Positions 35,822 to 49,483 of a DNA stretch of 64,000 nt are shown here, piece by piece. Source of the stretch: Paecilomyces variotii. Taxonomy: Eukaryota. The notes below the pieces were generated by a model. The model was given only the letters and a program-made list of their open reading frames with translations. It was not told the DNA's origin and searched no databases. A program made the position numbers and the translations under genes. Within the stretch, counting starts at the first letter, position 1. Each line of letters opens with the position of its first letter. Location of the stretch: NCBI GenBank assembly GCA_004022145.1, contig RCNU01000001.1; one strand, 5' to 3'.

Positions 35822-37463
35822 ATGTCGGACGACGATGATTTCATGCAAGAGTCCGGTGACGAGGAGTACGTCTTCCCAGATATCGTGCTCCGTGGATCTA
35901 CGTTAACCAGGGCCATAGCTATGACTTCGAATACGAGGATGCCGACGACGATGAATCTGCGGATGTCGGTATCGAGAACAAATACTACAATGCCAAGCAG
36001 ATGAAGGCAGACAACCCAGAAGAGGCCATCGATGAGTTCCTGGGGGTGCCAGCTCTCGAGGAAGAGAAAGGAGAATGGTTAGCTTCCTAGCTTACACGTT
36101 GGAATAACGGACACCTGACGTGACTTGACAGGGGATTCAAAGGGTTAAAACAGGCTATAAAACTAGAATTCAAGCTCGGGAGATATAGTGATGTAAGTTA
36201 AGAGACGTCTATTCGCTACGCTCATATCTGACTTGTTCCAAGGCCATCGAACACTACCGGGAGCTCCTCACCTACGTCAAGTCCGCTGTGACACGAAACT
36301 ACTCTGAGAAATCGATCAACAACATGCTAGACTACATTGAGAAGGGCTCCGACGATGAGAAAGCCTACCACTGCATGGAAGAATTCTACCGACTCACCCT
36401 GAACTCCTTTCAAAGCACAAATAACGAACGGCTGTGGCTGAAGACAAATATCAAACTGGCCCGACTTTGGTTGGACCGCAAGGAGTACGGTCAGTTAAGC
36501 AAGAAGCTCCGGGAGCTACATCGTGCATGCCAGCGGGAGGATGGGACCGATGATCCTAGCAAGGGTACCTATTCCCTCGAGGTTTATGCGCTGGAGATAC
36601 AGATGTATGCAGAGACAAAGAACAATAAGCGACTTAAGGCGCTATATCAGCGAGCTCTGCGGGTCCGATCTGCTGTACCACATCCCAAGATCATGGGTAT
36701 CATCCGCGAATGTGGCGGCAAGATGCATATGAGCGAGGAGAACTGGGAGCAGGCACAGAGCGACTTCTTCGAGTCATTCCGCAACTATGACGAGGCTGGT
36801 TCGATGCAGCGCATCCAGGTGCTGAAGTACCTTGTCTTGACCACCATGTTGATGAAATCCGATATCAACCCGTTCGATTCGCAGGAGACGAAGCCATACC
36901 GGAACGACCCCCGCATTTCAGCCATGACCGACCTCGTTGATGCCTTTCAAAGGGACGATATCCACACGTACGAAGCAATCCTGAGCAAGAACCAGGATCT
37001 GCTCGCGGATCCGTTCATTGCTGAAAACATCGACGAAGTCAGTCGGAATATGCGCACTAAGGCTGTTCTTAAACTCATCGCTCCATACACACGGTTCAAC
37101 ATGGTGTTCATCTCCAAGCAGATCAAGATCTCCGTGTCTGAAGTGCAGGAGATTTTAAGCTTCCTCATCATGGACCGGAAACTGAATGCAAAGATCGACC
37201 AGGAGAATGGAACAGTGGTAGTGGAGAGTCTAAGCGACGTGGAGCGGCTCCGATCCCTCCAGGAATGGTCATCATCCCTGGAAGCCCTGTGGCGTACGGT
37301 GCTCAAAGACGGCGAAGGGTTCAAGGCGGAAGACAGCTCCCAGATCCTTGGTGCACCTCCTAGCGCGATGCTACCTTCAGACACGACGGACAGCTTGCAC
37401 GCAGCCAGCGCCAAGCTCCGGAGTGGATGGAAGGGGAAATCCAGCATGGGAAAAGCATTTTGA
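35822..37463 (+). CDS. csnB: COP9 signalosome subunit 2 (PCI domain)
   Basis: MSDDDDFMQES start, three 5' introns; ENKYYNAK, GEWGFKGLKQ, VTRNYSEKSINN, NERLWLKTNIKL and IRECGGKMH motifs. Confidence 0.96.
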
Positions 37464-40332
37464 ACGGTCTTCTCAGGAGAAACATGAATTTCTTTTTCTA
37501 GCTTACGATGATGCAGCGGCCTGTCTAGATAGATACGTGGGTAATTTACACTGGAATATTTCATGCAGACATTGTTCTTTTGTCTGGCCAGCAATTTGTG
37601 CTTTTGCTTTGCCCGCCCATGACTAGCAACGTAGCTGAGCTGCGGGCCTCGAATCGAAAAAATACCCGCCCAGACTAGGACGACTATCTGCCGGCGGCAA
37701 TGCCAGATACTAGAGGGGCGAGGTGGTTTCGTCAAAAGACCGGGAAGTTGCATCACAGTCTCCTCGAGTCAATTGCATGTCCCTTTTGTAATTGTCCTTC
37801 AAACGAATCGGAGTGCCCCCGTAAGCGACAAAGTTAACCAGGGCAGTCGGTCCGTCCTCCAAGTCTCTGTTCAGCTAAGCTAGCTTAGCACTTTGTACTC
37901 AAGGATGGTGAAGCATCGAATACCCTAGTTCGAGTAATTAACAGTTAGTGCAGGGCGAGATCGAGATAGGCTCCAACGATCTCCGGGGAGCTGAGAAGGC
38001 CAGTGCCCATGTCATCCATAAGTATAACCATTAACCACGAACCATGACCATTAGTACCGTACTCTCGCAAGGCCACAAATCACAGCGGGAGCGGCCGGCG
38101 CTAGGCAGGACGTCTAACAGCGGAAAGGAAACTCTAAGAGCGCAGTTTGGGTCTTTTTGCCTGGATAGATAGATGTACCGGTAGTAGTTAATTGATGTAG
38201 TTAGTAATTATTAAATAGATGTTCCTTGCAACGAGTCCCCTATCTCGCGTTAACCATCATAAATCAGGTAGGGATCGGTCTAGAGGTGCAAAAAAATTTT
38301 GAAAGCGAGCAAAACTAGCAATGCTGTGGACACAACGTCGCTCCAATAATGTCATCTGTTGCGGGCGTTATTGGCAATTGGGCGGCATGAACGGGATATT
38401 GCAGGGAGCTTTCGGTCACTAGCAATGAGTTGGAAGTTGGAGAACATGTGGCCGGCCCCCAGTGCATCTAGCAATGGGTCATCAACCGGGGGACGGGTCC
38501 CAGATCACATCGAGACTATCCGTCTTCCGGGGGAGTTCGGTGCGTGCAGAGTGCAGAGAGAGAGTCAGCAAAATAAATCCGTTTCTTTTCCTGCTTCCCC
38601 CCGTACGACATTGTGGCCGTTTCTCCTTGATCCGATAGGAGTACGATAGCGAAGAGCTTGGCCGGTTCGACCTCGGCGCTTTCATGGACAAGGTAGGCCA
38701 GTAGAATGCCAGCCCCGATGGAAATAGTTATGCCGCGGACGTAGAGAGATAACGGTACTCCGTACTGGTTAGTTAGTTATTCTTAGCTGGAGACGCAAGC
38801 TGCTAGGCCTCGTCTCGGCGAGCCTTGTGCAGAGACGGCGACGAATTCGGGGGCGTAAGCAAGCGGCCAAGATGATGCGCGAGGAATGACCATCTTGCCC
38901 GGTAATAATCAGCCTGATTCCCTGGAGAAAACCCCCCCGATGCGCTCACCATCACCGACTTCCTATCTCATCGTCGTGTCTCCGTTCTCTAGACGGGAAT
39001 CTAGAGTACTTAGCTCTGATCCACCAGGCGGGGATTCAACGACTCTTCGGCCGAGTTGCGATCCCTGCGCCCTAAGTACAGAGCGCGGAGCGAAACACCA
39101 ACGGCCTGCTGAGAATCTTGAAAGCGAATTCACATCGTCGGTGTCCCTGGGGACCGAGATACACTCGCAGCTATCCCGCTCGCCTTAACCGGGGGCCTGG
39201 CACTTTCTCTCCCAGTTTATCACGTTCTGGGCCAGTGGCTTTCGTCTCACACTTTGCCAGAGAGAAAAAGGTATTATTATTGCTCCCCCGGTCATCTGCT
39301 ATCGTGTGGATTGTCATCACAAGCGACCCCGCACTCTCCCGATCTTAGACTTCCATCTTTCTCTTCGGGCTTCTGCCCATCCTGGTCTATTTTATCCAAC
39401 TATGCCTATCAGTCGCGTCCAGTGGAAGATATATTCCTTTTTTTGACTTACATCTCTTCATCAGTTGTGGCACTGCTGGTGGTGTAGAACTTGACCGCTG
39501 ATCTGTCGGTTGGGGTTGCTAAGCTTCCCGAGCTTTGCTTGTTTAGCAGTCGGTCTGTCGACCCGAACTGGGGCGCATGGTCCTCGAGTAGGACAATCTA
39601 GTTTTATTTATTTTTTTTATTTCTTTTCTGACTGCCTTTTTTTCTCTCTCTCTCTTCTCGACCTTGCGCACAATTGAGAATTGGCCGGGTTTTGGTTGAG
39701 TTTTCCACTTTGTAAGGTCCATGAGCCGAAGCCTGCCCCAATATCATCCTGTACTGTTCTCTCCAGAAGCTTCCGCACCATTAAGTCGTGTCTACGTCAA
39801 TCCAGACTCTTTCGCGTGTATAAACGCCTAACGTTTACGCTTGTTCTATCAACAGGAAAAAGTGTCCAAAGGTGTCCCGTTATCTCTGGCGCAGGCCCGT
39901 TCTCGAGCTTCGCGTCGTTCTCGGAGTCGCTCCTCTGACAGGTCGGAGAAGACGACGAGTTCTCGGTTACCGCAACAGTATACCTTTAAGCAAGAGAGGT
40001 GGAAATAATCACTCACACGAATATTCGACATCATCTTTCGGGTGCCAACGCTGGATGTGGCGGTGGAAAGTGTCTTGTTTTGGCCTCTCGATCTGGAATC
40101 AAATCACACGCTACGGTCTCCGAACCAAGCTATATCACATTCGAGACAGATAAGACACAAAGGGAATAAGGGAAAATACCATTGAACGTGCGTAAGACTG
40201 ACTGCCATTTCTCTCTCGCGCAAGTCGTCCGCCCGAAGTCTCCGTGCTGATGTCCGTTTGATTGTGTCTTCAGTTGCCCAGACGAATGCAATTCCAATCG
40301 CATCGCGAAGTCCGCTGACTGTTCGTCGTGTC

Positions 40333-42182
40333 ATGTCATTATCAGATATCTCGTGGAGCAACTTTGGACCGTACAGTCACCCATCTCACGGTGATCCTCT
40401 CTCCCCGCACTCTGTTCCTCAAAGCTACTATTCCGACGCCGCCCCACTCGCCCTGCAACTTTCTCAATTCACCACTCTTCTCTCGCGGGGGAACCTCAAT
40501 CCCGCCATCATGGAGCTCTCGCCAGAGGAGATGGAGCGTTTTCAGAAGCTCTCAAATGAATATGAACCGGACATACAGGTGAGGAGTTCCGTTTTGTCTA
40601 TCGGACCACGCACTCACAGGCCTTGGGACAATTAGGGACCTCTTGTCTCGCAGAAACAGCAAAGCCAGAATATCACCCTCGAATATGCTAACGCTGATCC
40701 TACCCTTGCTACGAAAACCAGAGTACGTTGTAGGACATGTGACACTTTTTTTTCTGTTCCTCTGAGATATCTGACGTCGACAGGCCCTTGCCATCACACA
40801 TCCTTACTCCCGGACTATGAAAGGGGACGGCAACTGTGGTTGGAGAGGTATGGTTCGGACGTCTATACTACACACATGATACGATCAATTGACTTATAAT
40901 CTCTAGCTGTCGCATTTGGCTATTTCGAAAATCTCTTTGCCCTTCGCGACACGGTGCGTGTCGAGCAGGAACTGTTGCGGATCAAGAGCCTAAGCCGGCT
41001 GCTTGATCAAGTGGGACAATCGGAACACCTCTACGAGATATTTGTTGATGCTACGGAGTCTCTTCTGACGAACTTGATAAGCGAGATCCATAAAGGCATT
41101 CAGAGTAATTCCTTTGACGAATCTTTCCTGTTAGAGGCATTTAACAATGAGTATGAGTCGAGCGCCATAATCACCCATTTCAGGGTCAGTAGGATACTCT
41201 AGATACCTTCCCCCCGCCCCGTACTGCTGTTCCTTCCATCTACAACTCCGTTCATGTTCTATCGAAGCTGACATCTTTCTATCGTGCAGTTGCTGACTAG
41301 CGCATGGATGAAATTAAATCCCCACCGATATCAAGCATTCCTCTCCATGCCTCTCGACTCGTACTGTGCTACCAGGGTCGAAACTGTCAAGACGGAGATT
41401 GATGAAGTCGGTCTCCAGGCACTCGTGGACGGAGTCATCGAAGGCTCGGGATTCGCAGTCGAGATTTTGTATCTTGATCGAAGCGAAGGAGATGCGGTCA
41501 CGCCCCATGTCCTAACTCCGAACAGACCTAGTCCTGCCACAATCAGGCTCCTATACCGACCGTGAGTGCTTGCTATCCAGTAATTCTGGATTATTATCCC
41601 AATTAACCGATCTTCTTCAGGGGCCACTACGATCTCATCTACCGAGCCGAACCGACGGTCAACATGGCTCCTATAGTCAACTTTCAATATGGGATGACGA
41701 CCAATTATTCTCCGTGGGACCAAGGGGCCCTGTCCTTCGACGTCAACCCTCATCTGATGGCAGTGCCGAATCTGATGATGGATCCTTCCTTCGCCTTTGG
41801 AGCGAACACGATGCCGCCAGCACCTCCAAGTCCATATGTCGTATCTCCACCGAACAATTTCTATCCTCCACCTGTCTCCGCCCAACCACCGCCTCCACCT
41901 CTGCCACCTCCTGTGATGCCATCCTCTCCGCCACCCGGTCTGCCCGTGGTGAGCCGATCATCTGATGGACCGCAGATAAGACTGAACCCGCTTGTGATGA
42001 AGCCCAACTTGAGCCATTCGCTTCCTGTGACGACCCCGTTCAAGAAGTAGGTTGTTTCTTGGTGGAGAGCTGGATCCATCTTTTGCTGACTGCTAAGTTC
42101 TAGTTCACCGTACAATCAAGCTCACTTCCAGAACTCGGACTTCGAACCGATACACTGGGAGCCAAGTGAACACCGTAAATGA
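40333..42182 (+). CDS. Otubain-like ubiquitin thioesterase (peptidase C65)
   Basis: Multi-exon; catalytic KGDGNCGWRA (about 40820-40847) and LLYRP|GHYDLIY; Pro-rich tail ending PYNQAHFQNSDFEPIHWEP. The start may be ATG 40333 or the in-frame ATG 40510. Confidence 0.88.
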
Positions 42183-43236
42183 AACCTTTATACAGCGGTG
42201 ACCGTTTCGAGGCAGAACGGCCGCTCCACCACAAATGCCTCAACTAAATTCCACGACGAAACACGAATGTCTCCCAAAAAGCCCCCTAGACAGAATGATG
42301 AACTTTACCGGACGCTGGGACTGTTGTCAGCGTCAATGCGCCCTCGCTTACTCCAAACACCCTCTTTATGACTGCTTGTGAACGAACGTCCCTTCTACGA
42401 CATTTTGATATCTTCTTCTCTTGTCGATGTTTCAGCGACTGTCAATGCATGGCGTTTCTATGTAGCTAGCTCGCTGGGCGTTGCATCTTGCCCGGGACTT
42501 TCAATTGGAATCCCCCTTTTTCTTTTTCTTTCTTCGGGTGTACCATCTTCACTGTGTGGTGTGGTTTACTTTTCCGGGTTGATTTATTACTACCCTCTAG
42601 CCAGTTCGTTGATCAGGCGGTTGTCTTTGGTTTCTTCCCTGCCAGATGGCGGTTTGAGATGCTCGTACGAATCTTTACCTAACGACCATACTATGATACT
42701 GGTTCCTTGGGCTTAATTTTCAATGAATGTCATCCATTACCTTTCGATATGTTCATTCTAGTCAGTAACATCATAGTAGCCGCTACGATAGCTCGAGCTA
42801 GTTGACATTCTAGCAAGATAGGATGAAGGAGAAGCAACTCGCGCAGATACATACTGATAATTACCGGAGATAACCGTGGCGCGTGTATCTCCGGGCGGCA
42901 ACGAAGCTTAAGTTAGTTAAGGTAATTATACGTCCATGGATGGATAATAATAATAATTATTATTACTACCTACATTAATTATAAGTTAACTAAGCTATTT
43001 AACTAACTAATTAAAATAGTTTTACTAATTAGTTGGTTTAGTTCAGTGAAGCGTAATAAGGAGTAGTAAGTTATCGATAGTGTCAATTACAGTAATAATT
43101 TCATTCCTGTTTACCCCAGATTTCTCTCCCCTGAGACTCAGACCTGCCAGCGATCATCAGCCACCATGCTGGCCCTTCCATCCTAGATTGCACAACCACC
43201 TTCGTCCACCCAGCAGTTGTGACCATTATCGAAAGT

Positions 43237-44446
43237 ATGATGACGGAATGTATGTTTTGTTCGCCCTTCTTCCCTTGCCTTTCCTATTTTTGCATTCGTC
43301 TGTGTTACTGCTGCTGCGTAATGTGCTGGCTCTGCTCTCCGCTAATCCGGGTGTAAACAATCTCCAGGGTCGAACTGCCAGTGCCAGTGCGTCTTCGACG
43401 GGCAATTGTCCTCAACGATGTCTTGCTGGTCAAGCGCATAATCAGGAACAATTTGGCTTATTTGTATAATCCGGATTTCGCCGATAAGAGCAATACCTCG
43501 TTGCATCTCGCGGCCCTTCATGGACATGTTGATATCGTTGTATGTTGTTGCCCTTTTCCTTGTACTTCCCCTTTTTCTTTTCTTTCTTTTCTTCACTGCT
43601 GCTCTCTCCAGATGGAGAGAACCCTTGCTTATAGATAACAAAAAATTAATATACACTATGATTTAGAGACTCCTCATCGCCCTCGGTCACGACTCCTGCA
43701 CCCCCATCCTCCTCAAAACAGGCGACGACTCCGCTCCAGGAATCAGCCTAAACACCGACTCCGAAACACCTCTCCATCTCGCCGCCGCCAACGCCCACCC
43801 TGCCTGCGTCCATTACCTCTGCCATGCCTTCCCACACGCAATTGACTGGCCCGACCGAAACGGCATGACTCCGCTGATGCTAGCCGCGCAGAGCTCGAAT
43901 CCCGCAAATATCATTCCGCACGACCCATCGCTCATCGAGCCACGCTCATCGCGGGCCCGCGCTGCTTCGTCTGCGTCGGCCGCTGAAGACACATCCACGC
44001 TGAGCGTGTTACTCTCGCATCGCGCGTCTGTGACATGTGTTGATTTTGCCGGGAACACAGCCCTGCATCATGCGAGTGCGTGGGGGAACTTGAAAGCCGT
44101 AAGGGTGCTTTTGGCATCCGGAGCGCAGCCGTTGGCGCTGAACAAGGCGAGTTATACGCCGCTCGATTACTCCATTTCGGGGCAAGCAGCGCAGTATTAT
44201 AAGAATTTGATTGTGTGGAGAGAGGAAGATGAGATTGAGGACGAAGTATCTGGAGAGGAAGGAGAAAGAAAAGAAGATGATGATGATGAAGAAGAGGACG
44301 ATGATGATGACAACGACGATGAGGAAGAAGAAGAAGAACCGCGTCAACATGTCCCGGTCGCGAAACCGGTTATAAATGGTGCTGTGCCGAAGACTTCTAC
44401 ACAGACGTTCCCGGGTATCAGACTCGTTACTGAAGATGACGAGTGA
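43237..44446 (+). CDS. Ankyrin-repeat protein, TORC2 subunit Avo2-like
   Basis: The spliced start MMTELPVRLRRAIVLNDVLLVKRII…TSLHLAALHGHVDIV|RLLIALGHD resembles the Avo2 N-terminus; further ankyrin repeats (TPLHLAA, TPLMLAA, GNTALHHASAWG). Confidence 0.75.
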
Positions 44447-45445
44447 GAAAAGGATATATATATACGCACACATTCACAGGACAAGAAAAAGGCAGCCAAA
44501 GCTGTCTGTCCCTGTTCGATAGCCATCCCCCGCTTTCTTCCCCCTGGCGTCTATTTCTTTTCTTGCTGAATTATATAGATCGGACTTACAGCACAAGCCC
44601 CCTGGCGTCTCAACATCTATCAAGCATCGCATCTGCAGGAGTTGTATTTTTGAATTCAGTTCTATATTTTGCTTTCTGTCTTTTTTTTTTCTCTCTTCCC
44701 TTATTTTTGTCATACATGTTTTCAGCGACGGTTCAAATTTTTGTCTTTGGTATTGCATGCATGGGTTTTCCATTCTGTATATAATTAGAACTTAGAAATG
44801 TCAATAGACTCCTAGGAGTTGGAGTGTTAAGAGTAACTCTTTAGTTCTAGTTAGTTTATTTGTCCCGGTGTGTTTGTAATAAAGTGATCTAGTTATTTGG
44901 GGTTTCATTAATAATTAATTTATCTTCGACAGGACTACTTAGTATATGGTCGTATGTACAGTGCAGTATCTTCAGTGAATTTCCACTTCTATAATTGCAG
45001 CTCAATACATTCTAGCAGCTTACATTTTTTCTTTAGGAATGTCCTGGTTAGAGATGTACGCACTTACTCTTTAGAAAGTCTTTTAACAGGTCGTTATCTT
45101 CTGCTTGGAACTTGTCCAGTCATGACTCGGTCGAGGGTTATTATTTCTATAAGTACAAGAGATTAACCTAGTAAAGCTTCTGGGACTCTAGTTATAAAGT
45201 CTCCAATTTCAAAGCACAAATTCAGATAATTAGACCATTATCTTGCTGTAAGAGATATTGTAATAAAGATGTATATATAGTTTTAAGTTTAGAAATTATC
45301 TATTCAAGTTTCTTTTCGAGTAGAAGTAAATGTCTTCGAATAACTGTAGATTGTATTATATTATTATCATTAAGGAGAATATTCTGAAATCATCTGACCA
45401 CAAGACCACCCATGTAACTAACTACCTACCTAATGGAGGAATATT

Positions 45446-46426
45446 CTACATATAATCCATAATATACTTATTACAATACCTCACAAATCCATCCGCTACT
45501 CCAGACCCCCCCTCTTCCTTCGTCTTCATCGCTCCTAGCAGGTCTCCCCGCGGACTTGGATGCAATCGTCCCCACGGCAGGACATACTTCCCACCATCCT
45601 CCAAGGTCAGCTCATTCGATAATCCTGCCCAGAGGGCAGTATACGCACCATACCGAGCATGATGCAGCAGCGGCGCCACAACCAAAGGGAGAATGGCAGG
45701 GAAATGACGGATTAGATTAGTCTTTAAATTCCCTGGATTCTGCACCAGGCTTAGGATACCGCGATCTGAGCTGCCGGCTTGGACTGCTAGCTCGTGAGCC
45801 AGAAACCAATTTCCCAGCTTGGTATTGAGATAACTCCGCTGCTGGTCGGGTGGTGGGTGCTCGACTTCATCCAGAAACGAGGGTACGTCTCGCGGCGTGG
45901 TGAGATCGACGACGATCGAGGATGTCCAGATAACGCGAACACTAGCAGATGGTGCTTCCTGTGCTGTCTGTTGAAGGATCGGGAGTAATAATTGGGTTAG
46001 AAGGTGCGGACCCAGACAGTTCGTTGCCATCTGTAGCTCGTGGCCTTGTGGGGAGATAGAGCCTCTCGGCGGATTAGAGACGCCAGCGTTGTTGAACAAG
46101 ACATCAAGTCGTGATTCGGCTGCTGTGAACTTTTCCACTGCTGGCTTGATGGTCGTCAGGTCATCGAGGGACAGTGGCAGGAAGATAACTTCTCCGCCTG
46201 CATTACCGGGCAGAGCCTCGATCGTAGCGATTGCGTTTCGCGCTTTCTCTTCAGAGCGTCCTGCAAGATAGACCTTTCCACCCGCCTGATAGAGCAATTT
46301 GCACAGCTCCAGTCCGACGCCCGAATAGCCTCCTGTGACGATGAAGACTTTGCCCCGTTGACTGGGTAGGTTGTTCTCAGTCAGGGTGGGTTTAGGAGGG
46401 AAGAACTGGGACCAGGTGGTTCCCAT
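45446..46426 (-). CDS. Short-chain dehydrogenase/reductase (retinol dehydrogenase/WWOX-like)
   Basis: Intronless; TGGYSGVG, NNAG and YLNTK (YxxxK) motifs; MGTTWS N-terminus. Confidence 0.93.
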   Translation of the reverse strand: MGTTWSQFFPPKPTLTENNLPSQRGKVFIVTGGYSGVGLELCKLLYQAGGKVYLAGRSEEKARNAIATIEALPGNAGGEVIFLPLSLDDLTTIKPAVEKFTAAESRLDVLFNNAGVSNPPRGSISPQGHELQMATNCLGPHLLTQLLLPILQQTAQEAPSASVRVIWTSSIVVDLTTPRDVPSFLDEVEHPPPDQQRSYLNTKLGNWFLAHELAVQAGSSDRGILSLVQNPGNLKTNLIRHFPAILPLVVAPLLHHARYGAYTALWAGLSNELTLEDGGKYVLPWGRLHPSPRGDLLGAMKTKEEGGSGVADGFVRYCNKYIMDYM

Positions 46427-47471
46427 GGTCAGAAAAGATCAGTATAGAGTGTGATAGATTAACTGTTTTATTCGGCCTCGAAGCTGAAAACAAACTTGGA
46501 ATCCACCGCCCTTTTGTAGTTGCTGGCTTGTGGAAGTTACTGACTCGCAATATAATATAAGTGCCAAACTAGGTATCTCAAGACCCTTGGGCAGCCCTTG
46601 GCCCCCAACCCTTGGCCCCCAACCTTTGATTCGTAAGTGCTTCCTTCTTGCGGAAAATTAACCCCTAGACTCAGATTATACGAGGGGGCTGCTGTATAAT
46701 GGGAATAGTATAGTTACTTAGTTTAAGCTCCAATTCGTCCCGAAAAGACGTTTTTCCTAATAAGGAAATCAAATTATACATTGTTTTGACGTTAAAGGAA
46801 AGCCCTAGGAAAAACCGCAGAGGAGCAGTCGAGCCATCTAAGTCACTGCTGTTTCTCTTTCTCACTTCGATTCGGGGCATTAATAATACTCCGTACTCTG
46901 CTATTACTTTAGGAGATATTCGCGTATTTTATTTATCCCGTTGCTTCTTTTCTTTTTCCGCTTTCTTTTTTCTCATCTACCGTACAAAAAACAATAGGCA
47001 AAAAAAGAGATGGAGCAACTCTTTAGAAAAACACATATTCTACATGGCGCAGGATGAGACATCGCACACGAGGGAGGGGGAAACGAGGCAAGAGAGGAAT
47101 TCCACATGGATAATCCCATTATACAGCAAGGACGATATGATGCCGCTTCTCGTACCAGTACTCACACAGCACAGGGCCGACGTCAAGTAATCGCAGGAGT
47201 TCATCCCCGTATATAGTGCAGCTACCATCTGGCAGAAAGGATTGGTATGGATCAGAGTAGTAAGACAATGAGGAAGGATGCAATGTAGGACAAAAGAGGG
47301 GAGTTGTCGGTGGCTGCTCTGTCGTTGCGGATCTGTTTCGACATGCGGTAGCCTAGAAAAAGAAAAAGAGCAACCTGGAACAACGTGATCTTCATCCGTT
47401 CTGTTCCTGTTGTCTTTTTCCCCGACCACTAATACATACACATCTTGGAAATTCTATATGCCTGGCGTCGT

Positions 47472-48895
47472 CTATCTCCTGCGGTTCATCGTCTTTTGGC
47501 ACATTTCGACGAGGCCGGCCTTGGCTTCGCTCTCGGGGAAGTCCTTGATGGCATCGACCGCCTTGTCGGCGAAGTCTTGGGCCAGGGCACGCGTCTTCTC
47601 GACACCATCATAGCGAGCAACCAGCTCACGGGCCTGCGTGGGATCTGTCAGCATTCATCCTCGATCGCATATTGACTCGTTCTCAGCCAAAGGAAAAGTA
47701 AACTCACCCTCTCTACATCGCCCTCGCGTGAGAACTTGCGACCAACAAGGGCTCCCAGTTCGGGGTCTTCCTTCCATGCAAACAGCAATGGCGCCGTCGC
47801 GAGTCCAAGTTCCAAATCCGCTCCCGCGGGCTTACCCAATTCGGCACCGCTCACAGTGTAATCCAGCATGTCATCGACCAGCTGGAATGCCAGTCCCAGG
47901 TTACGTCCGTACGAGTAGGCAGCTTCCACAACCTCTGGGGCGCTGTTTCCAAGAAGAGCAGCTCCACGGCAAGATTTGCTGATCAGACTGGCGGATTTCA
48001 GGTACGTCTTCTGCAGGTAGTAGGAAATCGTATCCTCAGTAAACGCCGGGTTGGAGTCGTCCTGGGCAGTGTTTTTCAACTGCATGAACTCTCCTTCAAC
48101 CAAGTTGGCAATCACAGTGGACAGCAGCTCGATCACCTCCGGGTCCCGCAGACGCGCCAGGGCCACGGACGCCCGTCCCAGCATGAAATCACCAGCGAGG
48201 ACAGCCATCTTGTTACCAAACTCCAGATTCGCAGACGTAAAAGAGCGGCGGGTGACAGCATTGTCGATGACATCGTCGTGAAGCAAGGAGGCCGTGTGGA
48301 TCAGCTCGGTGATCTCAGCAAGTCGTCTCTGAGAAGGAAGGACGTTGGCATCGTCCGCTAGGTCATATTTCGACGGAGCGGTGAGAGGACTCGTATCGGG
48401 GTTGGAGTCTGCTAGAACCAGCGGCGAGCTGATCGGATCACTGACTGTATCGGGATTCACAGCAGGGGGCTTGGGATTTCTTGGTGCCAATGCAGTGGCC
48501 TGGGACATGAGCAGCACGAGTAGCGGCCGTATTTGCTTCCCTTCACTTCTGGTGTAGTACTTGGCGACCTTATCCAGCATAGGATGTCCTGAACCCACAA
48601 GCTGTCGAATGTTCTTGGTGAGGAATTTCAATTCCTTGCCCACGATTCGCAATGGGTCAACTGAGATGCCCGGTGGAGCTTTCGGCAGGCCCTTGGAGAT
48701 GATATTCTGCGCCGCAGTGACGGCTGCACCCAGCGGAGAGATCTCCTTTCGCCGGGAAGGACGATATCCACGCGCATTGAACTGTATCCGGGGCGGGAAA
48801 ATATTATGAGGTATGGATTGTGAGCATGTCGAGCTGGAAGATGGAGCTCGTGACGAAAGTATCAGCCCGGAGGCTCGGACGGGTCGAGCTCGCAT
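47472..48895 (-). CDS. COQ1: Polyprenyl diphosphate synthase of ubiquinone biosynthesis
   Basis: GKQIRP, ELIHTASLLHDDVID (FARM), YLKSASL and LAFQLVDDMLD (SARM); one 3' intron at about 47634-47707. Confidence 0.95.
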
Positions 48896-49483
48896 GCTCG
48901 AGACTTCGAGGGTGTTGAATCAGAGTCTGAGCATGTAGAATAATCGAATAGGACGTGACTCCAAAGCCTGCGAGGTCAGGACCTGGATAAAGTGGCCCAG
49001 GGCGGACGTTGTGGGTTGGTCGAGTCGTTGAATTTGCTTGCCAGGTACAGCCGGAGATCTCGACGAGCTCCCAACTCGGGCCGGAACAACTCTGGCACGG
49101 CCCAGTCCGCAACAAACCCACGGCCACGCGGAACTCTACAGGGCAATTTCACCCATGGATGCGAACGTTACAGAGACCAAAGAGAAAAGCTGGTGGCTTT
49201 TTGTCTAATGCATGGAAGATTACAAGTCGCTCGGCCAGAAGGCAACCCTGCTGGACTGTACAGACACACCCAAACCATCCCATCCACCCGGGAGAAAAAG
49301 CGAACCATTGAAAAAGAAGAAGCCATGATGAGACATAACGCAAAGCCAATTCCATCAACATTGTACCGTGTGTAGCGGGATGACAGAATAGTAAACATAT
49401 GCATCTCTCCTCGTTCCAGCCCGCATCATACATGAGAAAGCCGGTGACGGGGACAGAGCAGCAAATTCATATAATCCCAACCA

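Noticed and set aside
10690-46426. Secondary-metabolite cluster (hydrolases, SDR) or TGA-CTA readthrough peroxisomal isoforms
   Set aside because: No backbone enzyme, transporter or cluster regulator is present. The stop contexts I checked (LIP5, DERA, FSH1-type, SDR, PNPOx-like, LIP2) show no readthrough motif followed by a PTS1.
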